DNA of 64,000 nucleotides from a virus: IMG/VR virus record IMGVR_UViG_3300042691_037350, positions 1 to 64,000 of that record; one strand, 5' to 3'. Shown piece by piece: positions 51,793 to 61,300 of this stretch (position 1 is its first letter; each line of letters starts with the position of its first letter). The notes under the pieces were generated by a model. It saw only the letters and a program-made list of their open reading frames with translations, ran no database searches and was not told where the DNA came from. The position numbers and the translations under genes were made by a program.

Positions 51793-52824
51793 ATGTCAAA
51801 TAATCGTATTTTTTATGCTTGTCAAGCTGTTCAACTTAGGGGTCCTAGTGGTCTTACTCCTACAAACCCTGGCTGGGATACAGTAATGGGTTTACAAAGC
51901 GTTGGTATGAATACCAACTTTAATCTAGAACCTATTTATCAACTAGGTCAACTAGACTTATATGATAATTTTGAAGAAATTCCAGAAGTAGAAATTACTC
52001 TAAATAAAGTTCTTGATAGTAGTGCTACAATATATAGTATGGCTATGGGCTCCGGATCATTGGTCACTTTAGCCAATAATCGTTGTGGCGTAAGACTACT
52101 TTTATATCCTGATACTGTTACTCAGGCGACCGGAGTACCAATTGCTCAAGTAGAATGTGAACCCTCTTACCTATCATCTGTAACATATACTTTCCCCACT
52201 GAAGGTAATGCTACAGAAGAAGTTACTTTAGTTAGTAACGACAAGGTATGGGCAACTTCCTTGAGTGCTATTTCTGGTCAACCAGAACACTCTGTTCCTG
52301 GTGGCGTTGGTATTATTCGTCGTGGTTTAGTAAGTAAAACCGCTTCGTTATTTCCAACTGGTGTTACAGGAAATTCAGAAAACCTTGCTGCTTCTGGCGG
52401 TATTCCGCCAGGATTAGTGATTAGTAATGTTACAGTTAGTATGAATCTTGGTCGTGAGCAAATTCGTGAGCTTGGTAGTAGAACGCCCGTTGTTCGTTAT
52501 GTTAATTTCCCAGTTGAAGTAACATGTGAAATTGAAACCGTAGCAGATACCGGCGATATGATCGGTGTTGCTGGATCAAGTAGTACCGCATGTAACAATC
52601 CAAAGGCTCTACTTAATAAAGAAATTAAGATTGGTCTTTGCGATGGTATGGTTATTGATCTTGGTAAAAAATGTAAGTTGACTAGTGTTAATTATACTGG
52701 TGGTGATACGGGCGGTGGTAATGCTACTATTACTTATAGTTATCAGACTTATAACGCATTTACATACACACCACCTACAGGAGCCGCAAGCGACACATTA
52801 GCTCAAAGCGAAGTATTAGACTGA
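51793..52824 (+). CDS. Major tail tube protein
   Basis: GLQSVGMNTNFNLEPIYQLG and REQIRELG duplicated tube-like motifs; GGAG RBS; followed by a terminator. Confidence 0.65.
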   Translation: MSNNRIFYACQAVQLRGPSGLTPTNPGWDTVMGLQSVGMNTNFNLEPIYQLGQLDLYDNFEEIPEVEITLNKVLDSSATIYSMAMGSGSLVTLANNRCGVRLLLYPDTVTQATGVPIAQVECEPSYLSSVTYTFPTEGNATEEVTLVSNDKVWATSLSAISGQPEHSVPGGVGIIRRGLVSKTASLFPTGVTGNSENLAASGGIPPGLVISNVTVSMNLGREQIRELGSRTPVVRYVNFPVEVTCEIETVADTGDMIGVAGSSSTACNNPKALLNKEIKIGLCDGMVIDLGKKCKLTSVNYTGGDTGGGNATITYSYQTYNAFTYTPPTGAASDTLAQSEVLD

Positions 52825-52861
52825 TTATAGTTTTCAGTTTTTAGATAATAACAATAATATT

Positions 52862-52891
52862 AGGCATCACTTGACAAGAGTGGTGCCTTTT
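52862..52891 (+). terminator. Terminator hairpin
   Basis: AGGCATCACT-TGACAAG-AGTGGTGCCT followed by a short T run. Confidence 0.65.
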
Positions 52892-52948
52892 ATTATTTAT
52901 ATAGTGTCTATAATTTTAGATTAATGTTATTTTAAAAGGAACTATAAT

Positions 52949-53077
52949 ATGGAAGAATTATTTACATTGATAGGCAAACTATATTACGACCTAGTAAGAG
53001 CCCAAAGCATAATCGAAAATTTAAAAAAGCAACTAGATAGTGCGAAACTACCCTCTGCTGCTAATCATCAAGAGTAA
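52949..53077 (+). CDS. Small coiled-coil protein (42 aa, not in ORF track)
   Basis: AAGGA RBS; MEELFTLIGKLYYDLVRAQSIIENLKKQLDSAKLPSAANHQE. Confidence 0.55.
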   Translation: MEELFTLIGKLYYDLVRAQSIIENLKKQLDSAKLPSAANHQE

Positions 53078-53079
53078 GA

Positions 53080-54111
53080 GTGTTAGATCAAAAATATATT
53101 GAATATTTAGTTCATAGGATATTATCAGGTAAAACAATATTTACTTACAATAATATTGTTTATGAACTATATAAACCAACACTGGAACTAAGATTACAAT
53201 CAGATTTAATATATCAAGAAACATACACTTCAAATCTCTATGATAATTTTTGGCTTCTAGAAGATATCCCCAATCTTGCGATAGAGATTGGCTTATTGGA
53301 TATTGGATATAAAAAAAATGTGGATCGTATAGAAAAAAATTTAGAAAATAATAAACTAGATTTATTTCAACAATATTTTGATTTGGAGAAACGAAAAAAA
53401 AATAAAAGTAAAATAGAACAAACAAAAAAACAATTAAATAAACTATACCAAGATTTACATTATTTAGATTATTTATCCCTAGAGCACTATTGTGAAAAAA
53501 TTAAAAATGAATTTTTGATTACTCATTCATTATACTATGCTCATAATACAACACTAGTATTTAATTATAAAAATATAGAATATAATTTTTTTAATAGTAT
53601 TATGTCAGAAATTTCTAATAATATAATACCTATAGAAACTTATAAAGAAATAGCTAGAAATGAATATTGGCGTAATTTATGGGCAAATAATAAATTTAAT
53701 ATTTTAAAAGATCCAGTCAATCAATGGTCAGATGAACAAAAAACTATTTTTAATATTTCAGCGATGTACGATAGAATCTATGAACATCCAGAAGCACCAG
53801 TAGAAGCAATTATATCTGATGATGATGCTCTAGATGGATGGATGATACATCAAAAGAGAGAAAATTTGAAGCAGAAACAAGAAAAAGGTGTAAATACTAT
53901 GTTGTCGGACAAAGTGCGTAATTCGTCCGAAATATTTTTAATGGCTCCAAATAAAGAACAAGCAGATACTATTAAGGAATTTAATACTGATCAGTCATTG
54001 AAAAAGATGCAGCAGAAGGTTGAGTTTGTCAAATCTCATCAAGGACCAGTCAAAGAATCTCAGTTGCCGGATGTAAGACAAGAAATTAGAGAAAAACTTA
54101 AAGGACAATAA
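53080..54111 (+). CDS. Putative tail assembly chaperone
   Basis: Helical protein between tube and TMP; YDRIYEHPEAP...IISDDDALDGW. Confidence 0.5.
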   Translation: MLDQKYIEYLVHRILSGKTIFTYNNIVYELYKPTLELRLQSDLIYQETYTSNLYDNFWLLEDIPNLAIEIGLLDIGYKKNVDRIEKNLENNKLDLFQQYFDLEKRKKNKSKIEQTKKQLNKLYQDLHYLDYLSLEHYCEKIKNEFLITHSLYYAHNTTLVFNYKNIEYNFFNSIMSEISNNIIPIETYKEIARNEYWRNLWANNKFNILKDPVNQWSDEQKTIFNISAMYDRIYEHPEAPVEAIISDDDALDGWMIHQKRENLKQKQEKGVNTMLSDKVRNSSEIFLMAPNKEQADTIKEFNTDQSLKKMQQKVEFVKSHQGPVKESQLPDVRQEIREKLKGQ

Positions 54112-54113
54112 TT

Positions 54114-54416
54114 ATGTATGATCCAGATCGTTTGCGTTTTTATGTAGAAAAAAGAATTCAAACAACCATGATAGGCTCATTAGCTCGCATAGAAAAAAGC
54201 TTAGGATTTTTATGGGGACAGGATAAAGACCCGAATGAACCTCTCACACCAGAAGAAGAAAAGTTTGCAGACATATGGGACTATCTGCGTAATGATATCT
54301 TGAATTATGGAAATAATCAAATACGACAGCTAAAAGATGATTTTCATAAATATGGTGGAGTGTTCAAGAATACATATCAATATAATTTTCCAATCAAAAA
54401 GGATAACAACAAATGA
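54114..54416 (+). CDS. Hypothetical protein
   Basis: ORF in the tail operon. Confidence 0.65.
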   Translation: MYDPDRLRFYVEKRIQTTMIGSLARIEKSLGFLWGQDKDPNEPLTPEEEKFADIWDYLRNDILNYGNNQIRQLKDDFHKYGGVFKNTYQYNFPIKKDNNK

Positions 54417-55291
54417 AAACTGAAAATTTTACTATTCAAAAAGACGATAAGGATGTTAATCTAGTTGTTCGTTCACCATCTTTAGAAGATCAAAGAGAGG
54501 CCCAAAAAGCATACAACCAAGCTTTCACTGATGCTATTAAATCTAAGGCTGTTGTTAGAGCAAAACTAGACGATTTATTAGAAGAACAGGGTCTATGGAA
54601 CAAAGAGAAACAGGCTAAGTTTACAGAGCTGCAACAGCAAATCCTAGACGGTGAAAAGAGATTGGCTAAAGGTGGCTTTAGTCTCAAAGAAGCTAAAAAC
54701 TTAGCTTTGGAAATGAAAAAGACCAGGGAAGAAATAAGAGACTTAATTAGTGTTAGAACATCATTAGATAATCATAGTGCTGAAGGCCAGGCCGATAATG
54801 CTAGATTTAACTACTTAGTATCATCTTGCGTGGTGTATAAAGATACTAATGATCGCTATTTTAAGAGCCTCGAAGATTATCTAAATAGATCGGATGATCC
54901 TGCGGCTTTGCTTGGCGCTCAGAAATTGGCTAATATGATTTATGGCTTAGATAATAATTTTGAGAAAAATTTACCAGAAAATAAGTTTTTACAAAGATAT
55001 AAATTTGTTGATGATAAATTGCGATTAATTGATAAACAGGGTCGTTTAGTAGATGCAGAAGGACGATTAGTAGATGAGAATGGCAGATTTATTAACGAGA
55101 AAGGTGAATTTGTTGATAAGTTTGGTAATAGAGTAGATGCAGAAGGCGAATACCTTGTTGAATCACAACCATTTTTAGACGATGACGGAAACCCAGTAGT
55201 TTTAGAAAATGAAAACACTACCAAAACAACAGAATCCGATCCTTCGTCTAGCACGCCAGAAAGTGTTAAAGAAGATTCATCAATCACATAA
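54413..55291 (+). CDS. Putative tail assembly chaperone with DxxGRLV repeats
   Basis: Directly upstream of the TMP; tandem 7-aa D/N-x-x-G-R/E-L/F-V repeats. Confidence 0.55.
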   Translation: MKTENFTIQKDDKDVNLVVRSPSLEDQREAQKAYNQAFTDAIKSKAVVRAKLDDLLEEQGLWNKEKQAKFTELQQQILDGEKRLAKGGFSLKEAKNLALEMKKTREEIRDLISVRTSLDNHSAEGQADNARFNYLVSSCVVYKDTNDRYFKSLEDYLNRSDDPAALLGAQKLANMIYGLDNNFEKNLPENKFLQRYKFVDDKLRLIDKQGRLVDAEGRLVDENGRFINEKGEFVDKFGNRVDAEGEYLVESQPFLDDDGNPVVLENENTTKTTESDPSSSTPESVKEDSSIT

Positions 55292-55322
55292 TAACTTCAT
55301 TTTATTATTAGCTTACTCAAGT

Positions 55323-55362
55323 ATAGCACCATGCTGTTCTATCAGCGTGGTGTTATTTTTTT
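55323..55362 (+). terminator. Hairpin terminator upstream of the TMP
   Basis: ATAGCACCATGCTG-TTCTAT-CAGCGTGGTGTTAT followed by a T run. Confidence 0.7.
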
Positions 55363-55375
55363 AGGAATATAAAAT

Positions 55376-58300
55376 ATGTCTAGAGGATTTAATTTAACGG
55401 CTGAAATCAATCTCCGTGGACCCTCCAATATTCGCACCGTAGTTGCCGATATTCGCCGTCAATTAGGTACTGTAACTGCCGATGTTAATGTTAGAGTTAA
55501 TCCCACGGCCATAAGAAATATTTCAGCTCTGAATCAGGCATTAGGTAGACTTAATACTACTTTAGCAGATACTAATCGATTAGGACTACAAGCAACTAAT
55601 ACATTAAATTCTTTAGCTAATGCTGGTCGTCAGGCCACAAATAGTATTGCTAATTTGCCAAGAAATATTCAAAACGCATCAACTGCTGTAAATAGATTAA
55701 GTAATACAACTAACCAAGCTGCTAGAAACTTACAAGTAGCTAGAACCGAGTTTGAAGAATTTGGAAGACAGTCTGCTTTGGCTATTAGAAGATTTGCTGC
55801 GTTCGCCACAGTAACAGGAGCTATTTTTAAAGTTACCAACGCGATCAGCTCTGCTTCGGCCGAATTTATAGCATTTAATAAAGAACTAGTAAGAGTGGCT
55901 CAGGTTACCGACACGTCCGTATCTAATCTAGGGGGTTTAGTTAAAGAAATTACATCTTTATCTACCAGATTTGGCGTAACGTCTAAAGAATTAATTCAGG
56001 TATCTAGTACATTAGCTCAGGCCGGTTTGAGTGCTAGAGACACAGAAAAAGCTCTTAAGGCTTTGGCTCTTAGTGCTATGGCACCTTCTTTTGATAGTTT
56101 GAATGATACGGTAGAAGGCAGTATTGCTTTAATGAGACAGTTTAATATTGGTGCAAAAGATTTGGAAAAAGCATTAGGCTCTGTTAACGCTGTTTCTGCT
56201 AAATTCGCCGTAGAAGCGAGCGATATTATTACTGCTATACAGCGAACCGGTGGTGTGTTTGCTGCTGCTAGTAGAGGTGTAAGCGAAGGCACAGATGCTC
56301 TTAATCAATTTATAGCTGTATTTACCAGTGTGCGTGCTACTACTCGTGAAAGCGCAGAAACTATTGCTACCGGTTTAAGAACTATTTTTACTCGCGTTCA
56401 AAGAGCAAGCACTATTGATGCATTAAAAGAATACGGGGTAGTTCTTACAGATTTAGAAGGTAAATTCGTTGGACCATACGAAGCTGTTAGAAAATTAGCA
56501 GAAGGTTTGAATCAATTAGATCCAAGAGATTTAAGATTCTCAAGAATCGTTGAAGAGTTGGGTGGCTTTAGACAAATTGGTAAGGTTATTCCGCTTATTC
56601 AACAGTTTGCTACGGCACAACAAGCACTCATAGTAGCTCAAAAAGGACAAGGGTCTTTAGCTAACGATGCTGCCACAGCACAACAAGCGCTCGCGGTAAA
56701 AATTTCTAAAGTTAGAGAAGAATTTATAGCATTAATTAGAAGTGTTGGACAAAGCGATAGTTTTCAAAACTTTGTTAAATTAAGTTTAGATTTAGCTAGC
56801 GCTCTCATTAAGGTGGCAGATTCTGCGAAGGGTGTTTTACCAGCATTAACAGCTATTGCGGCTATTAGAGGTGCTAGTTTCTTAACTCAATTTGCTACGG
56901 GTTTTGCTGGTGGGCTTAGACGTAGAAATAGCGGTGGTCCTATTATGGGTTTTGCTAAGGGTGGTTTAGTACCTGGCTCTGGCAATAGTGATACCGTACC
57001 GGCGATGTTAACTCCTGGCGAGTTTGTTATTCGTAAAAAAGCTGTCGAAAGTTTAGGAGTATCTCGTTTATCTAATATTAATAAATATGCTAATGGGGGT
57101 CCGGCCAAATCTCCAACTAAAACATTAGAAAAATATTATACAGATTCATCTAAAATTAATTTAGGATTAGCTAATAGTAAATCTTTATCTAAAGAAGACA
57201 GAAAATCTTTAGCATCAGATGTTAAGAATCTACGCCAGCTTAGAGCGCAGGCACCAACACAGGTTTATAGTGCTATCAGCAGTGTGGCTTTTGATAGTAT
57301 GGCAAGACAAACTGGTTTTAATAAAAAAGCAGCAGAAGGAGCAGGTCCTCTCAAAGAAGATAGGGTTTTTGCGGCAGAAACTCAAAAAATTATCGGTAAA
57401 GCATTTAAACTACCAGGCTTTTTATCTACTAGCAAAGAATATTCTGTAGCAAAAATGTTTCTAGATAATGCTCCGAGAACAGATAATTTTGGAGCTATGC
57501 TAAACATTAAAACAAAACAGGGCGCCAAAGGCATAGATACTGTTAGTTCTTTGGGTGGAAAACAAATAGATGTATCTAAGACAGAAATAGATCCTAGATC
57601 TGGTAAACCAACCACATATAAAATGAATCAACCAGATGCTGAAAAAGAAGTTATATTACAGCCACGATCACGTTTTAAGATTGATAAGGCTTCATTTTCT
57701 GGGTTTTTAGGGGGTAATAAAAATTTATGGATGGATGTGCAACAGTTTAATGAGGGTGGTTTAATTGAAGATATTCGTGGAGGATTAAGACAGGTCGGGG
57801 CTGCTGTATTAGAACCAAACAGCAAAAGACCAAAATCAGACGTTTTATTTAGTGTTACAGAAAATAAAATCAAAAATGCTTTGGGTCTAGATAAACAAGA
57901 GTCTATAAAAAATTTGGGTTTTAGTAATAGACTCGATATGACGGGCATAGTATCTGGATTAACTACCCCAACATCAGATACTTTTAATGCCGCTCTCGAT
58001 AATGGTATTGTACAAGGCATCAACTCGGCTGCCGCTCAAATATCAGAAAAGCTTCAAGTTAGCATAGGTTCTATAGATGACTCTACTAAAAATGCATTTT
58101 TATCTGGAATTAATACTGGCACTAGAGGAAATTTATTCGAAGATATCCTAACATTAATGAGCGGTAAATTCGAAAGAATTTCTGGTAGAAATTTCGATTT
58201 TCCAAATGGTATGCCATCAATTAAAGAAGGTGATTTCGCTGGTTTACCAAAGAAGTGGATTGACGCTAAAGCATCTTTTGGTAGAGCAACTAGAAGCGGC

Positions 58301-61300
58301 GAAGGTTCATTAGAATCAAAGACCATTAATCAAATTAGAGATGAAATTAATAAACAAAGATCAAAATATATAGGATTAGCAGATAAGGTAGAAGACAAAC
58401 CCCAAAAAGCAAATGAAGACTCTTTGCTCTCTGCTCTTAAAACTAAATACAGTGATCGTGATTCTGAAGCATTCAAAGCACTCAATGGGTCTGATAGATA
58501 TGCTGTTGAGGAAGCTTTATCTACTAATAAAGTCTCAAAAAATAAATTAAATAAGTTTAGATCTTTACTAGGTATGGCAACAGGCGGGTCAATATCAGGG
58601 GAGGATACAGTACCTGCATTATTAACTCCTGGTGAGTTTGTTATAAATAAAAAAGCAGCTTCTAGAATAGGTTCAGCTAAATTGCACCAGCTAAATAAAG
58701 CTGATAAACTTCAAGGATTTAATAAAGGGGGTCCTGTTGGTGGTTTCTATAGATTTGCTAGAGGAGGATCAGCACCAGGAGACTATACTGCTAATTTAGA
58801 AGGAGCAGTACAAAGAGCATTCCAAGACTTTGAAGGATTTATGAAAACATTTGGAGATATGGTTAATAGTCGTAGAGATGCTTTGTACAAACTAAATCGT
58901 CAGTCCGGTATGTCAGCAGCAGACGCTAAGCAAAATGCTGATTTAAGAGCTAGAGGAGAAGGAGCACAATATTTAGCCGATAGAGGAGTTATACGACAAG
59001 GCGTAGCAACAGGATTATCCAGAACTCTGAATCCGTCTGGACCAGAAGCTCAAGCTGGTGCTAGATTCATAGTTCAAAGCATGCAGAAGGCTGCTCAGGC
59101 GTCTCAACAAGTAGCTCAAAATTCTAGTAGAACGGCAGGATTTTTTGATAAATTAAAGAATACAGCATCGTCTGTTACTAGTTCTGTTGGTGGATTTTTA
59201 AATAAAATCAGAGGAGCAAATCTAACCCCGGAACAAAGACAAGACAGAAGAGACAGAAGACAATCTATTGCTAATTTGGGTATGGCAGCCACATTTGCAA
59301 TACCAATGTTAGCAGATCAGATTGGTAATTCTATTGGTGGCACAAAAGGTGCTGGTGTAGCGGGTGCGGGTGCTTCTTTTGGTACGGCAGTTGGTGTTGG
59401 CTCACAGTTTGGCCCATACGGAGCATTAGTAGGAGCTATTGCTGGAACAGTTATGGCCGTAGACGGATATAATCAGGGCATTGCAGAAAAAGAAAAAGAG
59501 CTTAGTCAACAGAAAATTGAATCGGAAACTAAGAGAATAGACTCCTCATTACAACAAGTAGAGAAAAATCCTCAGAATGCTGCCGCTACAACCGCGGTAG
59601 TAGCTAGTCTGCAAAAAATAGCAGGTGAAGAGGAAAAGGTTATGAGTGCCAATAGAAAGCTCAGGCAACCTACCACATTACAAAAAATAGGTTCTTATTT
59701 TGGCTACGAAACAGGTAAAAGCACAGAAGATATTGCTCAAGAAAATACAGCAGCAAATAAGGCGGCGTCGGACGTTGCTATGCAGTTGCTAACATCCAAA
59801 GTTAATAGCGGTATGGGTTTCGATGCTGCACTAGCCTCAACAGGTAATGCCGCATTAGTGAAAGAACAAATCGCCCAAGGCGCTGGTGGAGAATTTGCTA
59901 TTAAGGAAGCTAGATTAAGAGAAGTGAGAGCTAAATTTGAAGGTAAAACAGATTCTACTAGTAAAGAAATTGTTGCTAATCTTGATAAAGCACTACAAGA
60001 AAATACGGACGCGGCTTTTGCTTCTGCTACTGCTGGTTTAAAGGCAGCAGACGCGGATATACAACGGGCTAAAGCAGCTAAAGCAGTTGCTAAGGCTTTA
60101 AATTTAGCTAGTGTTAGTATAGATCGTACATTCTCTAATATGGAATCAGCCATTAGTAAAGCTAGTGCTCAATTGTCTATGGCTGGAGAAGATTTAGATG
60201 CTATAGCTAGCGGTAAAATTTCTACTAAGGCCAGATTTTCACAACAAAATGTTTTGGAAAATCCTAATGCATATTCTAGTGCTGAAAGAAGCGCTGCTGT
60301 TCAACAAGCTGGTGGTCTTTTTGGCAGAGATTTAAGTTTTGTTACCAGACTTACTGAAGTTGGTGCTAATATTAAAAATACTATGACCAGGATGGGCGTT
60401 GATGCTCAACAATCTGGTAAGCCTAAAGAGATGGTCGCAGAAGAAATACAGCGAACTGTTGATAAACAACTTAGAGATGCTTTCGGAGACAATAATTTAA
60501 GTAGACAAATTAGTGAACAACTTAAACTAGCTTTACAAAATCAATTAGTTGATAAAGAATCTAAGGAAATAGATCTTGATAAATTAATGTCGGAAACTAC
60601 TGGCTTAACTAGCTTATTAGAGGCCGAAAAGAAAGCATACAAAGCTCTGGCCGATGCCGCAAAACTAGCCACAGACTCTATCAATTTATATAGTGAACAA
60701 ATTGATAAAGCAAATGCTATGCTTAATGAAGTTAACAGCATGAGAGGGGATAGTATTGCAACTAAAGCCTCTAATGATTTTAGATTAACAGAAGTGTTAG
60801 GAGACAAGGTTGGTTTAAGAGATAGATTTGGGGCAAGACTAGAGGAGGGCGCTGCTAGAGCAGGAGTCAAACCCGGACAATTTAATCTTCCCGCTTTACA
60901 AGCTAGATTAGCTCAGTTATCTAATAATGCAACTGGTGTTCAACAAAACAGAGATCAGTTTCAACAGAATAATCAATTAACAGATCCTAAAACTATTCAG
61001 GGTATAGCTAATTTTAATAGATCTCTTAGTTCGTTAAATAACGACATAGAAAATACTAAAAAAGCAATTAAGGATTTACCAAAAGATATTCAGGGTTTTA
61101 TTGATGATACATTTAGTGAGTTACAAAAGAAAGTTAGTGAATTTGAAACTAAACAACAGGCAGGAGCTTCGTTTGGTGAGAAATTAGTAACTAGTACTCC
61201 ACAAGAATTATTAGATTTAAATAATACATATAATTTAGTTAACAATACATTAAATGGTCAAGTTAGAACAATACAACAATCCATAGCCGCACAACAAGCA

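Noticed and set aside
53080-55291. Programmed -1 frameshift in tail chaperones
   Set aside because: No convincing slippery heptamer near an ORF end with an open shifted frame
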